Source of the DNA: Eledone cirrhosa
Taxonomy: Eukaryota
DNA length: 64,000 bases
NCBI GenBank assembly: GCA_964016885.1
Contig: OZ024760.1
Location: 31,496,001 to 31,560,000, forward strand
Reading direction: 5' to 3'
Shown here: positions 1 to 11,319 of the stretch, piece after piece
How the letters are laid out: each line of letters begins with the position of its first letter
Position numbering within the stretch: the stretch's first letter is position 1
Translations under genes and position numbers: made by a program
The notes under the pieces: model-generated
What the model was told of the DNA's origin: nothing
Database searches by the model: none
Seen by the model: only the letters and a program-made list of their open reading frames with translations

Positions 1-86
1 TAAAGTGGGTAGTTTAGGGCATGTGGGGGGGATTTTGGGACACCCTGAGATGAAAAACAAAACATGTCAAAAGAGGAACTTCACAG

Positions 87-200
87 TCATGTGAGTGTGT
101 GTATATATGTGAGTGTGCCTGTATGTATATGTGTGCGTGTGCCTGTATGTATATGTGTGCGTGTCTGTCTGTATGTATATATGTGTGTGCCTGTACATAT
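87..200. repeat. (TG/TA)-rich short tandem repeat, about 24-bp unit
   Basis: Repeated GTGTGCCTGTATGTATATGTGTGC variants. Confidence 0.7.
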
Positions 201-201
201 A

Positions 202-843
202 CAGGGTGGGGACGATATTTGTTCGTAATTTTCAACTGCTAAAGACATGCCCAGAGTCATGCAGACAAAGATTCCAGCGACAACATTGGTCTTAGGTGTC
301 GTCATGCCACCTCACTTCTCCCCGAGAGCCTCAAGCTGAACACCGATGGCTACATCCGCGTTCTGAGCGAGTTAGTAAAGCCCTGGATCGACCTGCTAGC
401 TGCAGGTAGGCCGTACGTGTGGCAGCAAGACTCAGCGGCTTGCCATACCAGCCGAAAGACCCAAGCCTGGCTGTCAGAGAACTTCGTCGACCACATTTCA
501 CCTGACATCTGGCCTCCCAGCTCGCCTGACTGCAACCCCCTCGACTTTTTTGTGTGGGGCGCAGTGGAACGAGACACCAACAGATCTAGCTGCAATACGA
601 AAGACATTTGAAGGCCAGGATCACGAGTGCCTTTAGGGGCCTAAGTCGGGGGACAGTGATGAAGGCCTGTAGCCGGTTCCGAGGCAGTCATCAAAGCCAA
701 TGGCAGATTTATCGAGTGAGATCGAAAGAACAAGTCATGAAGTCAAACTGATCCAAGTTTCATAAATATATCTTAAAAAATAAAACTACTGTGTTATATT
801 TTCCTAGACAGTAATCTTGCAAACAAATATCGTCCACACCCTG
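202..843 (+). mobile_element. Internally deleted Tc1/mariner DNA transposon, DD37D (maT-like) family
   Basis: 22-bp TIRs CAGGGTG(G/T)GGACGATATTTGTT (21/22 match) with flanking TA. Transposase C-terminal relic WQQDSA...WPPSSPDCNPLDF has 37 residues between the last two catalytic Asp; stops follow. Confidence 0.9.
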
Positions 844-913
844 TATATATATGTGTGTGTGTGTGTCTATATATACATATATATGTGTGTATGTATAGAA
901 GCAGTAAACCTAC

Positions 914-1101
914 CTTCACCTCCTCTTCACTTTCTTCAGACTCTTCACTCTCCTCCTCCTCTTCAGACTCCTCTTCCTTCTCCGCCTCATCATCTGAGTC
1001 AGAGGAATCTGATGACACCACCTTCTTCTTCTGTGAACTTGAAGACTTCTTCTTCTTCTTGTTCTTACTGCCTTTAGACTTGGTCTCACCTCCAGACTTC
1101 C
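914..1101 (-). CDS. DEK: DEK exon 7, basic then acidic low-complexity linker (RKSGGETKSKGSKNKKKKK...SDSSDSDDEAEKEEESEEEE...VK); gene continues beyond the left edge
   Basis: CAG acceptor in phase 1 continues exon 6; GTAGGT donor. K-rich then S/D/E-rich composition as in DEK. Confidence 0.85.
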
Positions 1102-1127
1102 CTGAAGTTGACAAAGTTAGACCAACT

Positions 1128-1330
1128 CACAACTACTACTATGGCTACTACCATCACCACTACAACAACAACTACTACTACTATGGCTACCACCACCACT
1201 ACAACAACTACCACCACTACTACTATGGCTACCACCACCACAACTATTATGGCTACTACCACCACTATTACTATGGTGACTACAACAACTACTACCAACA
1301 CTACAGCAACTACTACTACTACTACTACAA
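1128..1330. repeat. Compound trinucleotide microsatellite (ACT/ACC/ACA)n
   Basis: Direct inspection. Confidence 0.95.
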
Positions 1331-1398
1331 AGTAAATGTAAACAATAACAAATTGCAAGATAGCTTACTAAACCTCCTTGAGATTGTATTTGAATATG

Positions 1399-3555
1399 AC
1401 CACTTTACAGACTTGGTGTCACCAACATTACCACTTTACAGAGCGGACTGGGTGTCAGCAACACTACTACTTTACAGAGTGGACTGGGTGTCAGCAACAC
1501 TACTACTTTACAGACTTGGTGTCACCAACACTACCACTTTACAGAGCGGACTGGGTGTCACCAACACTACTACTTTACAGAGCGGACTTGGTGTCACCAA
1601 CACTACCACTTTACAGAGTGGACTGGGTGTCACCAACACTACCACGTTACAGAGTGGACTTGGTGTCACCAACACTACCACGTTACAGAGTGGACTTGGT
1701 GTCACCAACACTACCACGTTACAGAGTGGACTTGGTGTCACCAACACTACCACGTTACAGAGTGGACTTGGTGTCACCAACACTACCACGTTACAGAGTG
1801 GACTTGGTGTCACCAACATTACCACTTTACAGAGCGGACTGGGTGTCACCAACACTACCACTTTACAGAGCGGACTGGGTGTCAGCAACACTACTACTTT
1901 ACAGAGTGGACTGGGTGTCAGCAACACTACTACTTTACAGACTTGGTGTCACCAACACTACCACTTTACAGAGCGGACTGGGTGTCACCAACACTACCAC
2001 TTTACAGAGCGGACTGGGTGTCACCAACACTACCACTTTACAGAGCGGACTGGGTGTCAGCAACACTACCACTTTACAGAGCGGACTTGGTGTCACCAAC
2101 ACTACCACTTTACAGAGTGGACTGGGTGTCACCAAAACTACCACGTTACAGAGTGGACTTGGTGTCACCAACACTACCACGTTACAGAGTGGACTTGGTG
2201 TCACCAACACTACCACGTTACAGAGTGGACTTGGTGTCACCAACACTACCACGTTACAGAGTGGACTTGGTGTCACCAACACTACCACTTTACAGAGTGG
2301 ACTGGGTGTCACCAACACTACCACGTTACAGAGTGGACTTGGTGTCACCAACACTACCACTTTACAGAGTGGACTGGGTGTCACCAACACTACCACGTTA
2401 CAGAGTGGACTGGGTGTCACCAACACTACCACGTTACAGAGTGGACTTGGTGTCACCAACACTACCACTTTACAGAGTGGACTGGGTGTCACCAACACTA
2501 CCACGTTACAGAGTGGACTTGGTGTCACCAACACTACCACGTTACAGAGTGGACTTGGTGTCACCAACACTACCACTTTACAGAGTGGACTTGGTGTCAC
2601 CAACACTACCACGTTACAGAGTGGACTTGGTGTCACCAACACTACCACGTTACAGAGTGGACTTGGTGTCACCAACACTACCACGTTACAGAGTGGACTT
2701 GGTGTCACCAACACTACCACTTTACAGAGTGGACTGGGTGTCACCAACACTACCACGTTACAGAGTGGACTTGGTGTCACCAACACTACCACGTTACAGA
2801 GTGGACTTGGTGTCACCAACACTACCACGTTACAGAGTGGACTTGGTGTCACCAACACTACCACGTTACAGAGTGGACTTGGTGTCACCAACACTACCAC
2901 GTTACAGAGTGGACTTGGTGTCACCAACACTACCACGTTACAGAGCGGACTGGGTGTCACCAACACTACCACTTTACAGAGTGGACTGGGTGTCACCAAC
3001 ACTACCACTTTACAGAGCGGACTGGGTGTCAGCAACACTACCACTTTACAGAGCGGACTTGGTGTCACCAACACTACCACTTTACAGAGTGGACTGGGTG
3101 TCACCAACACTACCACGTTACAGAGTGGACTTGGTGTCACCAACACTACCACGTTACAGAGTGGACTTGGTGTCACCAACACTACCACGTTACAGAGTGG
3201 ACTTGGTGTCACCAACACTACCACGTTACAGAGTGGACTTGGTGTCACCAACACTACCACGTTACAGAGTGGACTTGGTGTCACCAACACTACCACGTTA
3301 CAGAGTGGACTTGGTGTCACCAACACTACCACGTTACAGAGTGGACTTGGTGTCACCAACACTACCACGTTACAGAGTGGACTGGGTGTCACCAACACTA
3401 CCACGTTACAGAGTGGACTTGGTGTCACCAACACTACCACTTTACAGAGTGGACTTGGTGTCACCAACACTACCACTTTACAGAGTGGACTTGGTGTCAC
3501 CAACACTACCACTTTACAGAGTGGACTTGGTGTCACCAACACTACCACTTTACAG
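1399..3555. repeat. 36-bp minisatellite, about 60 copies, in DEK intron 6
   Basis: Unit GGTGTCACCAACACTACCAC(G/T)TTACAGAG(T/C)GGACT(T/G), with a few shortened units. Confidence 0.97.
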
Positions 3556-3621
3556 ATACACACACACTACACAACTTACACAGATACAAAGAAAGGAGGA
3601 GAAATAAAAAAGGGAACTAAC

Positions 3622-3767
3622 GTTTCTTTTTTGGTTTTGGGACATTTTTGCCTGTATCTTTAGGTTTCACAAGAAAGTCCATTATTTTATTGAGTAACTC
3701 CTCCTTTGCTCCACCTCTTTCAAGTCCTAGAATCTCGCAGATATTTCTCAGTGATGCTGTAGTGTTC
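3622..3767 (-). CDS. DEK: DEK exon 6, SAP domain (NTTASLRNICEILGLERGGAKEELLNKIMDFLVKPKDTGKNVPKPKKK)
   Basis: TAG acceptor, GTTAGT donor. Aligns by eye with the DEK SAP box LKSICEVLDLERSGVNSELVKRILNFLMHPK; phase 2 to 1. Confidence 0.93.
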
Positions 3768-3784
3768 CTACAATAATAGAATAC

Positions 3785-4350
3785 AGAAAAAAATGCCTTC
3801 TAATAGATGTATCAATCTCCACAGACGACAATATATCTTCCAAGGAAATAGAGAAACTCTCCAAATATAAAGATATAGAGATAGAAATAAACTCGAATGG
3901 GGAAAATAAAAACAGACAATATCTATAATAGGTGCTCTGGGAATGATAAAAAAACCCCAGGACTTAAATATATACAACATACTAAAGATAGCACTACTAG
4001 GTACTGTGTATATATTATATAGAGTACCACAAGACTTACAAATATATACAACATACTAAAGATAGCACTACTAGGTACTGTATATATATATTATATAGAG
4101 TACCACAGGACTTACAAATATATACAACATACTAAAGATAGCACTACTAGGTACTGTATATATATTATATAGAGTACCACAGGACTTACAAATATATACA
4201 GCATACAGAAGATAGCACTACTAGGTACTGTATATATATTATATAGAGTACCACAGGACTTACAAATATATATAGCATACTAAAGATAGCACTACTAGGT
4301 ACTGTATATATATTATGAAAAGTACCATCAATACAATAGAAACTACACTG
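3785..4350 (+). mobile_element. Degenerate R4/Dong-type non-LTR retrotransposon 3' fragment (restriction-like endonuclease C-terminus)
   Basis: Translates with frameshifts to KKCLLIDVSISTDDNISSKEIEKLSKYK...IIGALGMIKK...PGLTNIYNILKIALLGT, typical of the RLE C-terminus. Confidence 0.75.
3956..4327. repeat. About 74-bp tandem repeat x5 derived from the R4/Dong fragment
   Basis: Unit CCACAGGACTTACAAATATATACAACATACTAAAGATAGCACTACTAGGTACTGTATATATATTATATAGAGTA. Confidence 0.9.
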
Positions 4351-4391
4351 CACATGCAGCTGTGCTCAGTAAAGCAGTGATAATGCACAAA

Positions 4392-4778
4392 ATAATAATT
4401 GTTTCTACTTTTGGCACAAGGCCAGCAATTATCCCAGTGTATTACTGGTACTTTATTTTATCGACCTCGTAAGGATGAAAGGCAAAGTTAACCTCAGCGG
4501 GATTTGAACTCAGAATAATAATGATTTGATTTAAGGGGAGGGGAAAATCGATTAAATCGACCTCAGCACATTACTGGTACTTTATTTTATCAACCTCCGT
4601 AATGATAATGAAAATTATCGTGTACAGTGCTCAAGTGCACTACAACTCATCAAAGGTGCATGTATAGTACATAGACAATGGTTTCAGATTTAGGCACAAG
4701 GCCAGCAATTTTTGGAGTGAGGAAAGTTGATTACATTGACCGCATTATGTGACAGGTACTTTATTTTACTGACCCCAG
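4392..4778 (-). mobile_element. Cluster of about 3 partial tRNA-derived SINE copies
   Basis: Shared blocks GGCACAAGGCCAGCAATT, ACTGGTACTTTATTTTATCGACC and AAGGATGAAAGGCAAAGTTAACCTC...GGGATTTGAACTC (B-box on the minus strand). Confidence 0.8.
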
Positions 4779-4814
4779 TAACACAACAACATCTAAAATA
4801 TTAAAGAAACATAC

Positions 4815-4909
4815 TTTGCTAACAGAGCCTTTTTTTTATCAAATCGTTTGTCATCTTTTCCAAAATCAAATCCATTGAATTTCCGAATATTTCGTTTAAT
4901 TTCAACCAA
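4815..4909 (-). CDS. DEK: DEK exon 5 (LVEIKRNIRKFNGFDFGKDDKRFDKKKALLAK)
   Basis: CAG acceptor, GTATGT donor. Resembles DEK LKKNVGQFSGFPF; phase 0 to 2. Confidence 0.93.
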
Positions 4910-5018
4910 CTGAAAGAAAATAAATAATAATAATAATAATATAAAGAGAGGAATGCGGGACTGTGTCCTGAATATATGAAGACACAACAACAAATAGCCA
5001 AAAATTAAAAGCCCTCAC

Positions 5019-5095
5019 CGTTCCCGGTCGGTCAAACAATGCACGATGAATTATCTTTAAATTTTCTGCCTTCACTCGATTTAAATGATATTCAA
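5019..5095 (-). CDS. DEK: DEK exon 4 (IEYHLNRVKAENLKIIHRALFDRPGT), pseudo-SAP region
   Basis: CAG acceptor, GTGAGG donor. Resembles human DEK LRNLHKLLYNRPGT; phase 1 to 0. Confidence 0.92.
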
Positions 5096-5288
5096 CTGAA
5101 AGGAAAAAAGAAGAGATTAAAAGGAGTTTTATGGAAGAGACTAAATATATCACAAAATACACATCAAAGAGATATTGTTTACTCCAATATACTTTCTAGT
5201 GTTAGTCGGATTACTAATAATAAACTACACATTTGTAGCAAAACTGTGTATAGCAGACTCTTCAGTCGTGCTGAGAATGAGACAATCT

Positions 5289-5906
5289 CTGTAGCGCTGG
5301 TGTCGCAGTAAAATGTACCTGGTACCTCTGTAGAGCTGGTGTCACAGTAAAATGTACCCGGTACCTCTGTAGAGCTGGTGTCACAGTAAAATGTACCCGG
5401 TACCTCTGTAGAGCTGGTGTCACAGTAAAATGTACCTGGTACCTCTGTAGAGCTGGTGTCACAGTAAAATGTACCTGGTACCTCTGTAGAGCTGGTGTCA
5501 CAGTAAAATGTACCCGGTACCCCTGTAGAGCTGGTGTCACAGTAAAATGTACCTGGTACCTCTGTAGAGCTGGTGTCACAGTAAAATGTATCCTGTACCT
5601 CTGTAGAGCTGGTGTCACAGTAAAATGTACCCGGTACCTCTGTAGAGCTGGTGTCACAGTAAAATGTACCCGGTACCTCTGTAGAGCTGGTGTCACAGTA
5701 AAATGTACCCTGTACCTCTTTAGAGCTGGTGTCACAGTAAAATGTACCTAGTACCTCTGTAGAGCTGGTGTCAGTAAAATGTACCTGGTTCCTCTGGAGA
5801 GCTGGTGTCACAGTAAAATGTACCTGGTACCTCTGTAGAGCTGGTGTCACAGTAAAATGTACCTGGTACCTCTTTAGAGCTGGTGTCAGTAAAATGTACC
5901 TGGTAC
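5289..5906. repeat. 39-bp minisatellite, about 16 copies, in DEK intron 3
   Basis: Unit GAGCTGGTGTCACAGTAAAATGTACCTGGTACCTCTGTA. Confidence 0.96.
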
Positions 5907-5994
5907 CTTTTGTAAATATTTGGCAATAGAGATGACATCCAGCTACAGAAATTGTGATAAAAAAGGGAGCATATTGAGCAGTAAATGGTATCCC

Positions 5995-6480
5995 CATAAT
6001 TTAGGTACAAGCCCAGCGGCTTGAGGTGTGTCTGTGTGGGGGAGGTGTTTAAATCAACCCCAGTACATTATTTGTACCTTACTGACCCCTATAAAGATGA
6101 AAGACAAAGCCCCACTATACAACTTGAGGGAGGGGTGGGCGATTAAATCGACCCCAGTGTGTTACTGGTACTTTATTTTATCGATGATTGTAAGGATGAA
6201 AAGCAAAGCTAACCTGAGCAGAAAGTAAAGGGCCGTAACTATGCTACAAAGCATGATGTCAAACACTCTACCGATTCTGCCCTCACCCCATATAAAATAA
6301 TGGTTTCTGATACAGACACAAGGCCAGCAATTAAATCAACGCCAGTACATTACTGGTATTTTATTTTCTCAACCGTGTAAGGATGAAAGGCAAAACTAGC
6401 CTCAGAACGCAAAGGGACGTAACTATGCTGCAAAGACTTGTCTGACGCGCTACCAATTACTGCCAACACACTGCTCTCAC
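5995..6480 (-). mobile_element. Cluster of degenerate SINE copies (same family)
   Basis: Same diagnostic blocks as the 4.4-kb and 9.9-kb copies. Confidence 0.75.
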
Positions 6481-6516
6481 CCTGTATAAAATAATAATAA
6501 AATGGTATTCACTTAC

Positions 6517-6669
6517 TGATGGGACAATCCCCTAGCTTCTCCCCAGTCCCTTCTGGAATAAGAATTCTCTTCTTGTCATTAGCTGAAGTCACAGACATTT
6601 CAAGTCTTTCCACTTTCTTTTTCTCCCGTTTACCAGACTCAATAACAACCGGTCGTTCCAATAGACCCA
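6517..6669 (-). CDS. DEK: DEK exon 3 (LGLLERPVVIESGKREKKKVERLEM...IPEGTGEKLGDCPI)
   Basis: CAG acceptor and GTAAGT donor. GKREKKKVERL and GxGxKL motifs match the vertebrate DEK N-terminal conserved block. Confidence 0.93.
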
Positions 6670-6711
6670 CTGAAATATTAAAACAAAGCAGATTTCATAT
6701 TAACTCTTTAC

Positions 6712-6890
6712 TATTTACATTACTCTATATTTACTATTGTATTTTCACAGTAAAGGCTTTACCTCACATAATATCTCACAACATTTACATTACTCTATAT
6801 ATACAATTATATTTTCACAGTAAAGGCTTTACCTCACATAATATTTACATTACTCTATATATACTATTGTATTTTCACAGTAAAGGCATA
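6712..6890. repeat. About 60-70 bp tandem repeat x3
   Basis: ATTTACATTACTCTATAT...TATTTTCACAGTAAAGGC repeated three times. Confidence 0.85.
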
Positions 6891-7149
6891 ACATAACATT
6901 GAATCTATGAGATTTTGATATTATTTATTTTGAGAACAATACTTTAATACAAGTATGAGTGGCCAGTTACAGCCGATTTAAATGCTAAAGTGTTAAACGT
7001 TTATACATAAAATTATGATAGCTTTTTAAAGGTAAATATAAACATTTTAAAACAGTTTTGTTTCGTAGAACCAGGGATAGTTTTATATATTAAGAAAAGT
7101 AGGGAGTCTGACAAACTGAAGAATTAGTTTTAAAAAGTGAAATATTTAC

Positions 7150-7327
7150 ATTGTGGTTCGTCATCTTGTTCGTTAACAGCATTCTCGTCTTCGTTACTTG
7201 AATTCTTATTCTCAGCTACAACCTCAGCACCAGCAGATTTTATACTTTCTTCCTTCTTCGGATTCTCTTCCTTCGAAGTCTCAATCAACTTTTCCTCTTC
7301 AACCTCCATTTTTTCAACACACTTTAC
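7150..7327 (-). CDS. DEK: DEK exon 2, acidic N-terminal region (VKCVEKMEVEEEKLIETSKEE...NEQDDEPQ)
   Basis: TAG acceptor, 178 nt open E/K-rich frame, GTAAAT donor, phase 0 to 1 joining exon 3 in frame. Confidence 0.8.
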
Positions 7328-7334
7328 CTAAAGT

Positions 7335-7485
7335 AATAATAATAATTGTTTCTACTTTAGGCACAATGCCAGCAATTACCCAGTGCATTACTGGTACTTT
7401 ATTTTATCGACCCCGTAAGGATGAAAGGCAAAGTTAACCTCGACGGGATTTGAACTCAGATCGTAAAGGGACGTAACTATGCTGG
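7335..7485 (-). mobile_element. SINE copy whose (ATT)n tail runs into the DEK exon 2 acceptor
   Basis: SINE blocks plus TAATAATAATAAT at 7334-7346, adjacent to the AG at 7328-7329. Confidence 0.8.
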
Positions 7486-7486
7486 A

Positions 7487-7750
7487 TACCAGCATTTAAA
7501 GAAGAAATTAAAAAGGATTTGGGACTGTCATAAGATCAAGGTTGTCCCGATTGTCAAAGAGTTTTCAAGGATGGTTAAAGAACATTAGTCCAGCCCCCTT
7601 TTTTGGAACACTTCAAAAGGCATTCTTGCTGGGAACAGCAAGAACCCTCCGATATGACCTGAATATCTGAGGATGTAGGTAGCGGCTTGATGTTCATTTG
7701 AACAAACTTTCCAGTTAAATAACATCAATGACTGAGACACCAAGAAGAAA
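7487..7750 (+). mobile_element. Degenerate R4/Dong-type LINE 3' end (second subfamily)
   Basis: Translates to ...RIWDCHKIKVVPIV...LQKAFLLGTARTLRYDLNI*, a typical RLE-LINE C-terminus. Confidence 0.65.
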
Positions 7751-8695
7751 AATAATGGTTTCTGATTTGGGCACAAGGTCAACAATTTGGGGAAAGGGAA
7801 AGTCGATTAAATCGACCCCAGCCAATTACTGGTACTTTATTTTATCAACCCCATAAGGATGAATGGCAAAACTAACCTCGGTGGGGTTTGAACTCAGAAT
7901 GTAAAGGGCCATAACTATGCCGCTAAGCATCTTGTCTGATACACTACTGATGCTGCCAATCCACCGGCCTAATAACTAGTTTCTACTTTTGGCACAAGGC
8001 CAGCAATTACCCAGTGCATTACTGGTACTTTATTTTATCGACCTCTGTATGGATGAAAGGCAAAGTTAACCTCGTCGGGATTTGAACTTAGACTGTAAAG
8101 GGCCGTAACTATGCTAGAAAGCATGGCGTCCAATGCTCTACCGGTTCTGCCAATCCACCGCCATAATAATTGTTTCTACTTTTGGCACAAGGCCAGCAAT
8201 TACCCAGTACATTACTGGTACTTTATTTTATCGACCTCTGTATGGATGAAAGGCAAAGTTAACCTCGGCGGGATTTGAACTCAGATCGCAAAGGGACGTA
8301 ACTGTGCTGGAAAGCATATCCGACCCTCTAATAATAACGGTTTCTAACATTGACACAAGGCCAGGAATTTAGAGGGAGGGGAAAGTCGGTTAAATTGACC
8401 CCAGTACATTACTGGTACTTTTATTTTATTGACCTCGTAAGGGTGAAAGGCAAAGTCAACTTCAGAATGTAAAGGGCCGTAACTCTATGTCACAAAACAT
8501 GTCCAACGCTTTACCGATTCTATCATCTAACAACAGAAACAATGCTTTCTGATTTAGGCACAAGGCCAACAATGTTGGTAAGAGACGAAAGTCTATTTCA
8601 TCGACCCCCTTATTTCACTGGTACTCTATTTTATCGACCCCGTAAGGACGAAAGGCAAAGTTAACCTCGTCTGGATTTGAACTCAGAACGTAAAG
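7751..8695 (-). mobile_element. Head-to-tail array of about 5 SINE copies
   Basis: Five successive GGCACAAGG...ACTGGTACT...AAGG(A/G)TGAAAGGCAAAG units, each about 170-220 bp, in the same orientation. Confidence 0.85.
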
Positions 8696-8743
8696 AGATA
8701 CAAGTGAATGAAATAATAGATTTAGCCTGAATCAAGACTCATC

Positions 8744-8795
<52 letters not shown>

Positions 8796-8905
8796 ATGTA
8801 TACATACATACAAGTATATACAATATACGAGAGAAAAGGGATACACACACACACACATATATATATATATAAATATACGTGGGAGAACAAAAAGGCGGAT
8901 GTTTG

Positions 8906-8950
<45 letters not shown>

Positions 8951-9528
8951 CGAAGGAGTTGTGGTAAGGAACCAGATGGACGTACCAGAGTACTCAATAC
9001 TTATTTACTCAATATTTATTAACCAGACTAAAAATTCTAATTTAGTCCAGAAATAGCCGTCGAAACGGCTTGAGCTCTGCCGTCGGGGTCAAACATTTTC
9101 CTATATATATATAGGGAGAGAGATTATTGGTTTCAAAGACTAAAGATTCACTCAGTTTTATAGAACCGGACTTTGAGTAACAACTAACTCCATTGATCTG
9201 GTGCGGACGTCAGTTGAAGAGAACAGGCAGAAGTTTCTCCTACACACTGCTTCTTTGTGTAGTGGACATTACTGATATATATACAGAGCTCTTGCCGTTT
9301 TGGCAGTGTGTATGCGTGTGTATATAAAAAAAATTCGTTTAAATTTTTTATAACGAGATCGACCTAACACATCGAGCATGTGGCCGGGGATTGAAAAACT
9401 TTTCGTTATACTGAAAAATCCGTTACAACAGAATTTTCCCTGTGTGTGTATATATATATATACACACATCACAATAGAAAAAAACGAGGAAGTTTCGTTT
9501 ACATATAAAAAATATTTATTGCGTACTG

Positions 9529-9620
9529 ACCTGTTACGCGCGTTTCGCAGAGGATTTGCTCAAAGTCACCCATAAAGGTTGAGGACTCGACTCCAGTATC
9601 GATCTGCTCGTCAGACTGGT
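9529..9620 (-). ncRNA. Type I hammerhead ribozyme (sense strand of DEK intron 1)
   Basis: Minus strand reads ACCAGT-CTGACGA-GCAGA-(51 nt)-TCTGC-GAAA-CGCGCG-TA-ACAGGT. It has an intact core, 5-bp stem II closed by G-C, palindromic stem III ACGCGCGT, GUA site and 5/6-bp stem I. Confidence 0.8.
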
Positions 9621-9783
9621 GATGCGACAAAAAATATATACGAAATTTCGTTTCTTTTCTAATATATACACACTACCTGTGCATAGAAGTGACTGATGTG
9701 GGACCAACACCAGTAATTCACCATGTACATATATACATATTAGAAAGTCGGGGTCTGACGGCTGAGATCATGCCGTTTCGACA

Positions 9784-9817
<34 letters not shown>

Positions 9818-9854
9818 AGACCACATTTTACATTGTCACTATTAATAAATACAG

Positions 9855-10087
9855 GGTTGGTGGATTGACAGCAGAATCGGTAGAGCGCAGGACAACATGC
9901 TTTGCAGCAAAGAGTTACGGCCCTTTACGATCTGAGTTCAAATCCCGCCGAGGTTAACTTTGCCTTTCATCCTTACGGGATCGATAAAAATAAGTACCAG
10001 TAATGTACTGGTTTGATTTAATGGAACCCCCCCCCCCACATATTGCTGGCCTTGTGCCTAAAGTATGAACCATTATTATTATTATTA
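9855..10087 (+). mobile_element. Near full-length tRNA-derived SINE
   Basis: A-box-like GCAGAATCGGTAGAGCG, B-box GAGTTCAAATCCC, central CCTTTCATCCTTACGGGATCGATAAAAATAAGTACCAG, (ATT)n tail. Confidence 0.85.
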
Positions 10088-10114
10088 ACATTGAAGATTT
10101 TAGCCACCCCACTA

Positions 10115-10260
10115 ACTGTATCGGCTGAGACAATTTCAATATATATACAGTGTCCCCAAAAATATATACACACTTTGATTACCTGTATCGGCTGAGACAA
10201 TTTCAATATATATACAGTGTCCCCAAAAATATATACACACTTTGATTACCTGTATCGGCA
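10115..10260. repeat. About 66-bp tandem duplication containing a mariner-TIR-like sequence
   Basis: CTGTATCGGCTGAGACAATTTCAATATATATACAGTGTCCCCAAAAATATATACACACTTTGATTAC occurs twice. Confidence 0.7.
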
Positions 10261-10409
10261 ATATTTATTAGAATGTTGTTATACACACACATATATACAA
10301 CCTAATCTCTGTACATATGTGTATAGGTTGAGATAATTTCAATATATATACAGCCTATATATAACCTCGATGTATGTTTGTGTAGGTTGTGACAATTTCA
10401 ATAAATATA

Positions 10410-10483
10410 TATATACATCCAACATCTCTCTCTCTCTCTATATATATAGATATATATATATATATATATATACACATCCAACA

Positions 10484-10533
<50 letters not shown>

Positions 10534-10670
10534 CAGCATCTCTCTCTCTATATATATATATACATCCAGCATCTCTCTCTATATATATATATACATCCAG
10601 CATCTCTCTCTCTATATATATATATACATCCAGCATCTCTCTCTCGCTATATATATATTTATATATATAT
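10410..10670. repeat. Compound repeat ACATCCAGCA(TC)n(TA)n x6
   Basis: Direct inspection. Confidence 0.85.
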
Positions 10671-11272
10671 ACATACATGTTTGTGTATGTATAGGCTGTG
10701 ACAATTTCAATATTAACGGTAGATAACAAAACTATTATATATAACTCAAGCGTAACAAACTAGATTAGACTTGATAACATCCAGGAAATACTGTTGGAAT
10801 TAATTATTTCGATTCAACAGCTGAAAGGTGTGAAGGAGCCAATAGATGTCTGATCTCGGCTTGTTTTGGACATCTTCCTAACACACATGTGATTGTTCTA
10901 CGCCGTATATTACCTCAACAAGGAAACATGTGTCGCTAGGGCCTAACAAAATGAAACTCAGTTTTCACATAACATTTTCTCGGTCAATTCTACAAGAAAA
11001 AGACATATTTCAACAGCAGCTATACCTCAATACTACATATAAGAGACTGGAGGTAAAGGCTATGGCGACAGAATTATAGAGATGGCTTAAAATCCCGTTT
11101 GAAATCGCTGCTTCACACAACCAGTCAAGAAGAAGAGAAGAGAGCTAAACGAAGATGCGTTTTTCGGCGGCCATAACTACAAATCTAGCGGACCGATCGT
11201 GCTGAAATTACAGATTCCAACTCACCAATACTTACAGAAACAACTGGAATAAAATAAACCTTCTTCACTTAC

Positions 11273-11311
11273 CTCTTCTTGAGAAACATCGCTTGTGTTT
11301 TCCTCTGACAT
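11273..11311 (-). CDS. DEK: DEK chromatin protein, putative first coding exon (MSEENTSDVSQEE)
   Basis: ATG at 11311, 39 nt, then strong donor GAG|GTAAGT. Phase 0 matches the next exon. Promoter-like motifs lie immediately upstream. The peptide itself is not conserved enough to recognise. Confidence 0.7.
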
Positions 11312-11319
11312 TATTCAGA

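Noticed and set aside
855-3663. Long ORFs (921, 761, 554, 542 aa) with GVTNTTTLQSGL or WCHQHYH repeats
   Set aside because: Produced by a stop-free 36-bp minisatellite open in several frames, lying within a DEK intron.
1399-5906. CRISPR-like 36/39-bp periodic repeats
   Set aside because: No unique spacers, no cas genes, eukaryotic intron context.
9870-9955. tRNA gene
   Set aside because: A/B boxes belong to a SINE head; no complete cloverleaf, and the sequence continues into the SINE body.
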